From Haplodiscus bocki (lineage: Eukaryota): a DNA stretch of 64,000 nt. Each line of letters begins with the position of its first letter. The first letter of the stretch is position 1. A program made the position numbers and the translations under genes. Below the pieces are notes generated by a model. The model saw only the letters and a program-made list of their open reading frames with translations, was not told the DNA's origin and did no database searches. Below are positions 13,201 to 26,520 of the stretch, one piece after another. Where the stretch lies: positions 32,550,001 to 32,614,000 of the forward strand of contig OZ296657.1 of assembly GCA_965655095.1 (NCBI GenBank). The letters run 5' to 3'.

Positions 13201-16200
13201 TTAACCAGCTGTCTAGCCCTTTTGGTGCCCAGCACCAAAAACACGGACCTCCTGGGAGTCCAAAAAAACTAGTTTCCATCTAAAAAAATGTGAAGTTGAG
13301 AAGTAAAATGAATACAGGAAAAAAAGAGCATAAATTTGAGGAAAATAACTAAAACAATCCAAAATCGAAGAAACGTGAGAACAAAAGAGTGAAAAGTTAG
13401 GAAAAGCCGCAGCGTCTTCTGTAACAGCGTAAAAACTCCACCTGGACGTCTTCTTTCTTCTTACCGACATGAGCTCAAAAAATTGGCGAAAGTTCTTCCA
13501 TATGAGATTTTCGCTTGAACAAGGTTGAACTATCCGATTTTCGTTTGTTTAAGCTTCAATTTTTGCATGTAGAATTAGAACAGAGACTTTAAACTGTTCA
13601 TTCTCAAACGTGAATTGATCTTTCTTGCCTAGAGGTTGTTAACAGCCTTGATAACGATAAGGAAACGATTTCAGTCCCGCGTTAACACGAAAGACTAACA
13701 AGAACCGGCTTTTTCAGGAGTGTTTTCTGAAAAAAAATCGACGAAAAAAGTTTTTGGATCCGTTGCATGTTGAACACAGTTTCAGTGGGCCTAGAAGAAA
13801 ATGATCAGACAATTCATGAAAACGATATAGCAAAAACATCCGAGAACAACTTGCATACTTACTGACACATTTACTTTCTGAACAGCAATTTTTCTTTCCT
13901 GAACTCAAATAGCGACTCAACGCATTTTTGTGAGCTAGCACAATACCGTTTTTTGACCCAATTTAATCAATATCGGGCGCAGCTTGTCGGTATTTGGGTA
14001 GTTTAGCTAGCTGCAATCAGGGGGAAAACCCGAAAGTTTGTTGAGCATAATGAGGTGTGTGTCAGCAATAGGAGCAACTACAAGAGGTTTGATCCCATCT
14101 TGGTGGAGCAAAAGACAGCGATCGGCAAAGTTGCGTATCTTTTGGACCCGTGGTTTCTTAAAAATTTCCGGAACTTCGTGTCGTGTTTACTACCGTATTT
14201 AGGAGAGTGACCACCTGAAAGTCGTTTCCGCAACCCGATCTCCCGGATATCAACAGCCGTAATGTGAGCATGAATTACAGGCAGGAATAGATCTCTAAAT
14301 TTGTGTGCCCATTCTCGGGACAGCTAGACCAAAATTGACCTGTTTACGCTGTTCTTTGTCAGTTCAAATTGTGTATTAGGTACCTGATATTTCTCCTTGG
14401 AGCGATACTACCAACCCAGTTTTTTAGATAAAAGGACACTGTTTTTCAAGACTCCGAGAATCTGAAACCCAACAGAGTCTAACTTCAACACCAAAACGAC
14501 ACATTGAGTACCCAATTTGGAGAGTTTGTGAACCCGAACTGAAATTTTTCCTTCGCTTTTCGGACGCTTGAATGCTTACCTGCAACAAACTTCTAATATA
14601 CCAAGCTACTATATTAAATTTCAATTAGTTGGGACAAATAGAACCTAACTTTTGAGAGCAGGAACGATAGGAAACAGACTATTTTTGATTCCAACCATCC
14701 TAGAAAAGTTACTTATACGTTTTCCATCTCAATCAGATTTGTTTCTAGTCCCACCTTACATGGAGGAAGGTTGTGTTCACATTTGTCACAATGGCACCTG
14801 TGGAAGTTTTTCCCTGCATCTCAGATTTTTCCTTTAGACGTGCTGCAAGGCGTAATTTTGTATCAAATTTGTCAACGCACCAAATTAGTTCCCATTGTTG
14901 CTTCGAGCTCAAATGTGTTTCCTTGAGATCCTGGCAAAAAGGAAGATAGGCCGATAACCTTGAACGTAATCCCAGCTGCACATGTCAACTTCGACTGCCG
15001 TGAATTCGACACAGGAATCAGCAGGAATTTAGAGAGGTCAAAAGCGAAAGTTGGGATAACCTTTTGAGTTTTGGTTGCAAGAAGTCATCTAAAGTGCGTT
15101 CATACCCTTCTAATTAGTCTATATATGGCGTTGATTTCATTGGGACGGCAGCAGAAACCCGCATGACCGATGCTTGTTCACCCCTGAACTCAACAAAAGT
15201 TTACTCTTTTGAAGTTGTTAGACAAAGCTTTCACTTTTCACAGCCTCAAGTGCCACCTTTTGGAAGTCTCACTTAGTGAACAAAACTCCAATACCAGAGT
15301 TGATAGCCAAGGTGGCCTCGAACTGAAATCGATTTGAGGAACGATTGCATTTAACCTTATAGCAGAAGATGTTGGAGTTTAATAACGATATAAACCTGTT
15401 TTGCCCCGTTTTAGACTGTTATTCCATACTTGCGGGAGAAAATTTTTTGCTGTTTAGGTATTGTTTTGTGAAATAGAACAAAAAGAATCCCGAAACTATC
15501 GGAAGACTGATAAAAAAGAAAGATTTATAAGAAAAATAAATGATTTTTCTATGGTTTTGTTTTCTAAATTGTGACTGAACATAGTTGAAAATATTCAAAT
15601 TATCAAAATAGAGCTGACAAGCAGTCATAACTGCTGAGACTCAAGCCCTTGGATTGTACTACAGTTATGCATTTATACTTGTGCGCGCAGATCAGTAGGT
15701 TAGAATAAAGTACATTTTCATCAAGATAAATACATTCACAAATCATTTGGAGTAATGCAAGATTGCAAAACCATGATTAATCAGTCAAGATTTTGAAACA
15801 GGTCGAGTGGCAAGGAATTGTCATAAATTGGGCTCTGTTAACCTTTTATATTTCGTCGCCCAAATTTTGCCTACCATTTATTCGTGTATAACGACCTAAA
15901 CGAACCAACTGTTATTTTCCTTTTATTTTGATAGACTTGTCCAGTCCATTTCCTCAGAGTTACATTTGCAATTTTTGGTTACGCACCGAGAATCAATCTC
16001 ATAAATGTTCGAATCCCATCTCACAAATGCACTCTGCGCAGTTCTGCTTGAATTTTTTATATCCTATTTGCACTTCACTTTCTTTCCTAGCATGTTCTTG
16101 GTCAGGGATCACGCTTGTTGGTTTTTTGTTACGAAATCTACGACTTACACTTTTCGATTTTGTTTGTCACCCTTTTTAATACATGTATGATAGACCCATC

Positions 16201-16989
16201 ATAATGTAACAACCTGACATATTGCACCATTGTTTTTTGGCCTCTGAAATTTGTTGCTAATTCTTTAAACTGGGAACTCATTAACTACCGGGTATATTAA
16301 TAGTGAAGTAAAATAAAGACGTTCACTTCGAATAGACGTAGGTTTCCCGGGTTGACCACCCCACAGATAACTTACTACTGTTCATATGTGGACCCAACAT
16401 TGCAAGAGATAAAACGCTTTTCACAGTGTTACTAAGAAGGGTAAGGCCAACTGATGGAACTTTGTGTGTTATCTGTGGCCCGTATTAATAACTTTTCAAT
16501 ATATCTGTGGCCCAAGATACGCAACTTTCATTTTTTGTCATTTTTTTGTCATTTTGCAGTTCAAACAATGACCAAAATGCCATGCAATTGGTCATATTGT
16601 TTCCTTAGTTAAATAAAAGTGAAACTACACCTTGATCAAGAAAACGGAACAAAAATGATTTTATTAAAAAAAAACGAGAATTAAGAATAAATCTAACTAC
16701 TAATATCGTCCTCTGGCAACATCTTTCTAATGAAGTTCGAACAAGACGGCCGGCTAGTACCGGCATTTTTTTAACCCAATTAAAAAGTTTTCGATCAACT
16801 TTTGTTGCAGACAGTTGAAAAACGAGAATAATAGTGTTTTGAATCTAGCTTTCAAAGGTTTTAAGGTTTTCCACAAACATCAATTCCACCACTGGTTTCT
16901 TCAAATACTTGCCAATATCAGCTTATCAGGACTTACGAAGCGAAGTACTAAATACAATGTATCTTTCTCAATCACCTTTTGAATTATTG

Positions 16990-18600
16990 AAATCATCATG
17001 TGAGATCTTGATAGTGGAAATCCAGCCAGTATTTTTATAGAAAAACAGGTTGACCATAGACGAAGTCACGACAAGTAACACTTTTGTCAACTTCAGCCTA
17101 TGAAGATAAGAATGCAGGGAAAATATTTGGTAATATGTTTATCGAGCAACCTTATACGCGGAAAAAATTGTCCACCGAGACCCTTCGTGGAAGATTTCCA
17201 GTTGCTACTTTTGGAGAAATAAGTCAGAATCTCAGGAAAAACCACATGCAGATGCAAGTTATGGAGTTCTTGACCAACTACGTTTCCGCTGAATGCAATA
17301 GGATTTGATGTTCCTCATTTCAGATATTCAAAATTTAAAATCTATTGATTGACATCTTGATAAAAAAATTCAGCCGGTAGCTCTGGAAAAATTAGTCCTA
17401 ATACAAAAAGCACCATACAAATTCATTGCTTTTGTCAATTTAAGCTAAGTAAAGTTTCGAAGAATGGATGAAAAAAGAAAATATGAAAACCGAATCATCA
17501 TGCACGAACACAAATTTGTTGATTGAGACCATGACGCAGAAATCCTCACAGTTGCTTTGAGAGAAACCGAGTTCGAATATCGACAGGAGTATTAAATTTT
17601 TGGCTGGTTTGGCCAATCAAGCTCTCGTCGCAAGGAAATAAATGCATTTTTTGGCAGTCTGGCAACGTTTCAAATTTAGAAGAAAAACGACTGAAACCAG
17701 GAAGGACGAAATTCGGCAAGGAATTTTCGAGAACAGAAGATTTGATTCTTTGAGAGAATCGAAAGCTTTCGCACATTATGTCTTTTAGGAACCTTCAAGA
17801 TTCCAATGAAAGAACCGTTTGTTAACAAATCTTATTGACAGATGCCCTACAGTTGCAATTTTGTTGATGGGGAGCTCGATTTGACAAATTGAGCCTGTTT
17901 TCTTGAAGCGATTGAAAGTGGTTATCAAGACAAAACATACGGGTAAACAATTTTTGGCGCATTGCAAAAACGAAAGTTCCGTTGCGAGGAAGCAAACGCA
18001 ACAACTGACGACTCCCTTGGTTTTTACATGTTTTAGAAAGGTGGACTGGTAACTTGATGAATGAAACGCAGCCGCTGGTTTTTGAAAAAAGCACGTTCCT
18101 TTTTCCGGAATAAACAGACCAATTCCATCCTTTGGTTTTAGTGGTCCATATAAATGGCGATGCAATGAAACTTTAAACAAGATTCTGCAGACAGAATTTT
18201 GATGACTCAGACTATGACAGCAGAAATTGAGAGCGTTAGTCTGAACAAAATCGAATCTGTTCATCAAGACGATTCTTGAAAATACGCATTTCTCAGCAAT
18301 TTCCCCGTATCAGAATTGCAATCTGAGGAATCCAACACAAAATTGAACATTCAAGTAGCACTTTAAAATTGCAGAAACGTCCACTGAAGCTTTGCTTGAG
18401 GAAACATACCTGGTAGTTTTGGCAAAAATTAAGTTCGATCTCCGAGAAAAATCAATCCACTATTCTGTTTTACGTAATTTCATCATTCAAGGTTCCAAAG
18501 CAAGTAGCGGTAACAGGTTTTGCAGGTAACAAACAGTCGATTAGGGCATTATAAAAAGAACATAGCCGGTAGTTTTGAGGGAAAGTTAAATTGATTATCG
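16990..18600. repeat. Old diverged ~172-bp tandem repeat, block 2 (~10 units), same family as 9.3-10.2 kb
   Basis: The same motif recurs at ~17002, 17177, 17351, 17525, 17693, 17869, 18049, 18208, 18386 and 18543. Confidence 0.6.
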
Positions 18601-21600
18601 TTGTTGATCATACGTATTCGCAATTTTTAATACTGCAGGTCATTTTTATCCATTCGGAAGGTCAAATACCAAAAAAATAACTTAAACAATTTTATGATAA
18701 AATGACAAAAATGGTGTGTATCTTTCATGGATAAAAACTAGAGAAAAGTTTCGATAAACATTGGGCTTGAATTTCGATTTAAAGAAATACCTGTTAAGGT
18801 TTTTCTGTCCAAAATGATTCCTGCTTTAGAAGCCAGTTTTCAAAACCGAACTACTTCCATAGCAGAGGACTATTTGAAAGTTGAATTGCGTTGATTGCGG
18901 CCTTTTCGGTAAAAACCTTTTCCGGTCGTTCCAGAAGAAAATGAAACCGAGTATCGCGATTAGTAAGGACTTTTTGTTGTTTAGGCCTAAGGTGACTCTT
19001 ACCATGCAAAGTACACAACAGAGTTTTCATGGGAAAATGATCAAGATTGGCTTCTTCGGTATTTGACGCTCAGCTGGGGAAACATTATACCAGTATTTGA
19101 GTTGTAATTTCGGGGAAAAGAGTTCGATATTTCAAAATGGAATTCCTTTTAAAAACCGAAGACATAAGTTTTGGATAGCTGAAATTGTTGACAATTGTTA
19201 GAAAATCCATCTCCTCGCTAAACCTTCTCAGATCAGGGACAAGTTCACCTAACTCATTTTTGTGGGAAAAGGGAAATTTTTCGGAAAACTGAGTAAAGTT
19301 AGTGTACATCGAAAACAAAACTGTATTGTGGGAAAAACGGAAACAAGAATTGTGAAAAACTTTCAAGAGACATGAATGCAACGTATTAAAAATGGTGTCT
19401 TTCAATCTTCGACTAACTATTTGCGCTGCCAGCGATTATATGTACTACACAAGAATCTAATAAATTTGCAAAACGAAGTTCGTATGACATTCAAAATTTC
19501 TGGAAGTGGAGAAAATGAACCACTCAAGTTACTACTATCCCTTCGGATAGTTTCTGGACGGAAACTAAATCAAGCTTCGAACAGCTCAAGGTCGACGCAA
19601 CTCCTTTGCTGGCGCGAAATCCTCGGTGACCGTCGGAGGCTATTACGAAAAGATGTCAGAAGGTTTTAGTCTCCCGGAAAAAAAGTCGTAAGTGGATACT
19701 TTTGGTATTCTCGAAAACTTCTGGTATCGAAAAGCTATGCGAAACAAGGGTTCCACAATTTTTCCAAAATGTTTTGTTCCGGAGCCGAAAATTATTCTTG
19801 GAGAACGTTTTGGTGTTTCTGAAAGTTTTTGATGTCAAAAACCTGTGCATAAAAGGGGATATCACAATTTGTTGTGCAGATTTTTTTGTCTCAAAGTACC
19901 GAAATATTCATAAAATGGACTTTTTGGTGTTTGTAAGTACTTGCTTATGCTTGCATAGACTGCAATTACTTGCTTTGAAATAATATGCCGGAGAAGGGAG
20001 AGTACAATTCGGGAAAAAGTAGAAAAATCGTTGTGATCTTGAAAACAAAAAGATTATTAGAAGACAAACTACTTACGAGAGTAAGCTTTTTTTCCATAAA
20101 GGACCGACTAAGAAATGGCAGAGAATAATTGTTTTGATATGAGTATAAAAAGACAATCCTCAAGTTTCAGAATATTACTAAAAATAAAAAATATTGGAAA
20201 GTGCTGCGATTTGAATCTTCACCTAGCACATCAGTACCGTGTTGTCTTACTCATTGTGCCATGGGAAGTATCGTAATGTCCGTGAAATCATAAAACAATA
20301 TGGCACGACAGAGTTTTGAACCTGAACCTACTGCTTCAGAAACTTTTGTCCTAGCCTCACTGCTGAGATTTATTTTTGAATAAAAAGAGTTGGCAAAAAT
20401 ACACTGCAACAAACAAGAACGACCCCGATGAAAGAATAACTTTTCTTGCATATTTAGAAACATTTGGCGAAAAATAAGAAGAACTCTTGATTCTTACAAT
20501 CATCTTAGTTTATTTTGGCGCCGAGACCTCCACAAAGAATCATCTTTTCCTGATTTTGGTGTCCTGCTACCTCATGCTGGTACACACAGCGTGCAGACAA
20601 ACGTTCAAACGCATCATTTGCTCAGCAGTGAATAAAAATTTTGCAGAAGTTTTCGTCACATGGAACAATACAAACACGTCTTAGGAGTAAAAGTCCCAAA
20701 ACTTCAATTTTTGGCATGATTAGTCACAATTCAGGTTACTTTCACCAAAACTCAAGTTCTATGGAAAATGTGTTTTTTGAAGGGGGTGATTAACTCCCCG
20801 GAGAAAAAAGTTTTCCAAAACTAAACATTTCTTTTGAATCCCCGTAGAGCATTGCAAGACTTTTGCTAGGGACTTTTTTTGTATTGTTGCATCTCAATAC
20901 GTTATCTGACATTTTTGGATATTCTGCTGAATAAATAATGCGGTCACGCTTTTGTCCTTACAGTGTAACTTGCATATATTATCCAGCGAGTACACGAGAA
21001 GACTTTATGAACGCAAAAAAGACTTCGAAAGTACTTACCCAGGACCAGAGACACTTTATTATGGCCAGGGATTATTTTTAGTGAAAAGTATCGGGTCTCA
21101 AAGATATATCTTTGGACCGTACTAAGTTATCTCAGTTAACTCTGGACGCATCTCAAGCTTACTATTAATGCTGAATTGAATCTCTGGAATAGCAACCCGG
21201 GTTTTTTAAGGAGCTTTTGGAAATACAAGAGGCAACATCAGTTGGATCAGAACAATTAAATGCTGCTGGAAAGGCGAATTCCTGATTAGGTAATTTCCTT
21301 CAACTTTTTATAAGGTAGGAATGGTATTCTTTTAGTTGTTGAGGATTCAGTCGAGGTGTTTGGAAAACCAAACGAAACAAGGACGCCAAAATTCCATTAG
21401 AAAGATTCAGTACAAGTTCACAGTTTCGTCAAAAAATTTGAACAAACGAAGCGCGGATGCCTTCATGCATTCTTGCGCAATCAAAAAATCTGTCGAAAAT
21501 TTAATTTTTATCGAATTTTATTCGTGTTAAACGATAATGCTCTGATCGTGAAAGTCTGTTCATTAGGCGAGCATATATAAACCACTTGAAACGCATTAAA

Positions 21601-22559
21601 GCGTCAAAATGTTTTCGTTTTCAAACTTTCTTGCCTCCAAAATGCAACTTCTTGGCATCTACTTAGCGTTAGCGTAGCCACGAGTCTAATGACTGGTGTC
21701 CTCCGTGCTGGACATTAAGTTGATGAAATTTAACCACGTGACCTAAAACTGCACTGTCATTGTTTGCCCGTTTCAACACCTTCAATAACACCTTAGGTGA
21801 CAATCGTTAAGTAGCCTCAATTCCTTGCTACTGTTTCAAATACAACCCAGAATAGTTGATGGCGCCCCGGTCTCTCTCTCTCTCGTGGTGGTGATAAGTA
21901 TTTAATCCAGTGGTGAATCACAATCAAAAAGATTACAATACATGTATGGCGGCTCAGTGTAGCGATTTAGTACAAATCTGCAATAATCGCTGTTTAGCAC
22001 GAGTGAAGCACCTCGGTAGACAGCGATTGGAAATGAAGCTCAGCATAGGAATGAAATGAATAATTCCAGCCGGAAGATGATGGCTCAATGTTTGACAAAA
22101 TAATTTTATTGAATGAAATGAGACTAGTTATATGGCTACAGCGTTTCACCGGGCGTTATGGAGAGCAACAAAAAGATAACGTAAAAAAGTGCACGATGAT
22201 GTCAATGTAGCTCTCTAGGAAGACATATATACAAAAATCGAGTTCAGGTCTGTTAGGAGGAAAGTAATATTTAATAGTGGCATTCATATCGGTCATAAAT
22301 ATGAAGCTGAATAAATTCATTAAGTTTTAGGTGATAATTGATAGTGTAAGGGCTTCATACATATAACATAAGCCAGTTGCATATTCATATAATGTAGTTT
22401 ACAATACCATCAAGCGACGACATGGCAATGCATCATCAAGTTGGGTTAAAGGGCTGGAATTTATGGGAATCGTATTCCGGATCATTGAAAGCAATTGTCA
22501 TGCTAAATTGTTTTTGGATGTTTGCCATTCACAAAACTGATTGTTTAGTCTCCTTACAC

Positions 22560-23290
22560 TAATAGCACAAAACACACTTACGCATGTCTAAACAAGTTGC
22601 GCAATAGGTCCCTCATCACAGCCTGAGTACAATTGAACTTATTTTCATCAACCCCATTGAGAAGATAGATGACTATATCCATCATTAATATCAACAACAT
22701 CCTCAAACGATGAAGAGAATCCATTGCTTTGATACGAGCCGTCGGTGCTATTTCGTGAAGACAATCCTCTTTTTTATCTTCGGTAAAACGAGACAAGGCG
22801 GTCAATTTGTTCAGCCTCTTCTGTCTTCTGTAATTATTGCTCTTCACTAGTGCCAAGGCCAGGCCTCCTTCAGCAAACCTTGGCGATTTCAATTTTCACC
22901 TGACGGCAAGCCTAGTCCAGTGTAGGCCCAAGTATGGCTTCCAACGAAAAGTCAAAAGAGATTCGAAGCAAAACCATATCTGTGCGGTTTCTTCTCTTCA
23001 GCAGAAAAAATGACTCAACCCCGAGAAAGCAATCTGTCCCACGAAATTTCTCGCAATATACATTTCAAGCGGTTTCTTTTGATTAATATGGACGGCGACA
23101 CATTTTGAGGATTTATGGTGTGACTGAAGAGTGTGGAGAGGATGTCTATCCTAAGGTGATTGATGTTGCACAAAAAGCAAATGTTGCTATCGGGAAGGAA
23201 AACATCAGTGTTTGACAAAGTTGACCGACTTGAAGGCCGGGGTCGAAAACCGTCATTGCAAAGTTTGAGAGATGCCACACGAAACATAAC
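22560..23290 (-). mobile_element. Highly degraded non-LTR retrotransposon ORF2 C-terminal fragment
   Basis: Frameshifted peptides (RQVKIEIAKVC..., RIKAMDSLHRLRMLLILMMDIVIYLLNGVD) weakly resemble the VRPKLEYA / RL..L.L.SL..RR...YKILNG pattern of CR1/L2 ORF2. Confidence 0.35.
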
Positions 23291-23644
23291 ATAACGGCCA
23301 ACAAAAAAATTGAAAAAGAACCGGGAAAAAAGTTACATATTTGACGACGCTATATCACTCATGGACTCATTGAATAATTTCTCATTTCACTTAAACAAAA
23401 ATTGGGTGTGGCAAATGGTAATACTGTGAATGAAACGAGAATTTTGTGTTTGAATGATGAGAGTAAACAAAAATTTGATGATTTATAAAAGCTCTATGAA
23501 AGGGACAAGTCTTTGTTTAATGATTCTATGAACCAATTTTCTTAAAACCGCACCCCCCCCCCCCCCGAAGTATAAACATTTCAAAAAAAGAGTACCTCTC
23601 CAACGGAAACTGTTGAATGGGAAATCTGAAGGATATATACCTTA

Positions 23645-24170
23645 GATGACTATTCGTTCACTCAAAAAACATTTTCATTAACTACAACACATAATTGACC
23701 AAAGTCAATCCAAACCAAGCGTATTAGGTCTTTCCGAGACATTGTTTTATAATGGTCCACCATTTGAGCAACTCCATTTGAATCACCACAACCTAATTAT
23801 TTCTGGTAATTCCAATAAACGTAATTTGCTACGTATATTCATCATATTCATTCTTCTCGTGATAATTGAACAAGCGTATAGCACACTCAGTAATTTGACT
23901 TTGATGTTTTCACGAACGAAACACATGGGTAATTTGTGTATATAAGTCTCCTTGAACTTCAAACAGAGCTTTTTTTATGCACTTCGATGAAAACGTTGGA
24001 CATTTGCGGAAAAAATGATCCTTTCTGTATAATAGTTGGCGATTTCAACATTGATCTTCGACGAGGTTCCAAAAAAGTAGATTTTCATACCTTTGCTCGG
24101 ATGCAAAACAGATGTCCACAGATGCTAGACACAGCAAGTCGTATAACTAGAAACTCAAGACCTCTAATTG
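23645..24170 (+). mobile_element. LINE (CR1/L2-like) APE endonuclease remnant
   Basis: IRSLKKHF...PSVLGLSETLF, CIIVGDFNIDL and ASRITRNSRPLI match APE motifs (NIRSL, ETW, GDFN, PTR..ID); frameshifted. Confidence 0.7.
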
Positions 24171-24229
24171 AAGATGAAAAACACAGCGGAAATTTTAACA
24201 AATTTGAAGAGTCAAATTGAATTTCTTGA

Positions 24230-24535
24230 CAACACCGACCATTGTGTAACACACGTCTCGTACTTTTTCTCATTGGAAAAACCCTGTCACAAAACCAGAA
24301 CAGCCAAAATGTACAACATCTCACAACCGGACTTTCGTAGCACCAAAGGACATCGGCTCCGGTTTGTGAACACTTTCGAGCTTGTCACGGAAATGAAAAA
24401 TGGACATTTGACGTATTTGAGGCAAGCAAATACCATGTTACGCTGTTAACCCTGGAGGCTCTCCGCATAGAGAAAAAAACCTGCACTGAGTTCTTGAAAC
24501 GAACTCCGACAGCGTCCACTCAACATTCCATTACG
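24230..24535 (+). mobile_element. Penelope-like element GIY-YIG endonuclease C-terminal remnant
   Basis: Reads QNVQHLTTGLS*HQRTSAPVCEHFRACHG...TLLTLEALRIEKK(fs)PALSS*NELRQRPL, matching the GQT..HL.TRL.EH...LEAL.I....P.LN pattern of Penelope GIY-YIG domains. Confidence 0.65.
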
Positions 24536-25389
24536 ATGCCTGAAGTCGCGTGCGCAAAGGAAATCCGCTTTTCTTATGTTGTTGGTAGCATAGAACTCAC
24601 CTCATAAAGAAAAGTTTAGTGACTGATTTGAAAAAAGTCATGCTTGCTAAATTAAAAAGAATTTTAGACTGTTTCGCTGATGGTGCGTGTAAACTTGAAA
24701 AAACTTCATTAAAACTAATCTTCAAATACATATCATAGAGGTCAAAACGTCTGACAGAAAGTGTATCAATCATTGCTTTTTGTTCCGTTTTTTCTCATTA
24801 CAACACTTTCAGTTAACTTCTTACCCTGATTTAAGGCAAAAAAATCTTGTAAAATTTCAAGAGTAGCTTTTCCGAATGTTTTTCATAATGTCTGTGCTAA
24901 AAGCAAAATTTTTCTTGCGCTTTTTCCTCGCGACTTCTGTCAATCCAGATGAAAGCTTTGTCCAATATACTTGACAAAACGATTCACGAAATCTAGTTGG
25001 AAAACGATTTGGGCGTCAAAAGTTTTTTTCGTGGAAAATGCTGCAGACCAAATGCGCTGTTTTTGCAAGCAAAAATAAACTGTCCACTGCTGGCAGAAGT
25101 GAACAGTATTACGCTTGCAGTTGATCTTGCATCTTTGGACTCTTTTACAACGCAAAGAGGTAGAGCCCGACGTTTTGGGTGCGTTGATCTATACAGTCAA
25201 AGTGAGGTTGACCTTGCCGTCGTCCGAGATTTTTCACGTCGATGTTTTCATCGCTCTGTAGAGGCCACTCAACGTTAGTTGTGAAATGGTCCTGACCGAG
25301 CAATATTTATCCTGCTAACTGTCCCAAAATCATACGAAAGCATGCATCCATCATGCATTCTTCGGTACACTAGCGATCAGTGTAGAATT

Positions 25390-26520
25390 GTTTTGTTTGA
25401 GAAGCCTTGAGAAAACCCTCAAATGCCCAACTTTGTGGCAAAATAGAATCGGATATGAGCTTATGAGCGTGTCACTCAAAGCAATTCCTCCCAAAAATTT
25501 GTTTCACTACGAAACAACACTTGGCGTTTTGTTCATCTTATCGAAAATAGCTGTATACTGGTGAAATGTGATGTATGAATCACAGGTTTCGCAACAACCC
25601 ATTTAATCAAGGGTATCATCTCATTCTTTTTGAACACCAGTTCTTCAGATCCTCTAGGACGTCATCCAAACTTGACCTTTTCTGTCATTTCTGACTGTGC
25701 CTAACTGAGACCATTTATTCTGAATATGCTGACGAAGCTCAATCCCCGCTCCTCCACCTCTTTTATTAACTCCATATTAAGAGGAGTTTGTCAATTAAAG
25801 CACACGTTCCTGGCAAGAGATCTTTGATCGATCTAAGAACATTTGCTGAACAATTGTTGGGATTTTCTGAGAGATCATTAGCAGTTTGTTTATTCGGGTA
25901 GAACTGCATTTCGTAGAAAAAACATGATGCCCCATACCTTGGCCAGTGTTTGAACCTATGCCGGGTGGGTTTTCATGTGAAATAGCTTGGTATCCAAAAG
26001 TATAGCTTGCTATGCCAAGCTGGTCAAGCACGTAGCCAAAAACAAACCTGTAGGAGCTTTCCTTTCTCTGAAAAAAGTCAATTGATTGTCGATAAACTGT
26101 TCCCTTTCAGAATTGACGACTGCCAGGTAACCGATTGTTTAGATATTCCACAAGTGGTCTGATTTCATAAAGATTGTCAAACTTTGCCGAATTTTTGTGG
26201 GACATCAAGGCCAAACTAAGGAATCAAAGGAATGTAGAGCTTCCTTCATTGATTTCAAGTTCTTTTCTTCTAAAATTACCGACCACGTTCTGTTGACGCA
26301 ACTTATACGAACAATATATGGCTTTTGAAGCCAACTCCTCACCAGCAGAAGATCTGAGAAAATCTATACGTTGTGAAAGCAAGCAAGTCAATGATGGCTT
26401 GACTTCGCATTTCTTTTTTCGGAAAGTGAGAGTTGGCTGTTTAGTCACCAAATTGTAAAGATTTCGATCAATGAACAGAAAAATGCAAAGAAGTGAACTC
26501 ATGTGAAATGCCATGAAAAG
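25390..26520 (-). pseudogene. Degraded piggyBac (PGBD-type) transposase
   Basis: Minus strand gives KTPSVVS**NKFLGGIALSDTLISSYPILF...HLRVF (~25540-25410; piggyBac YNKxMGGVDxxD motif) and DNLYEIRPLVEYLNNR (~26180-26130). Many stops and frameshifts; no TIRs identified. Confidence 0.7.

Noticed and set aside
13500-15400. Possible very old minus-strand LINE reverse transcriptase
   Set aside because: Only faint resemblance (e.g. PDID*IGSKNGIVLAHK); no clear motif to support a call without a search.
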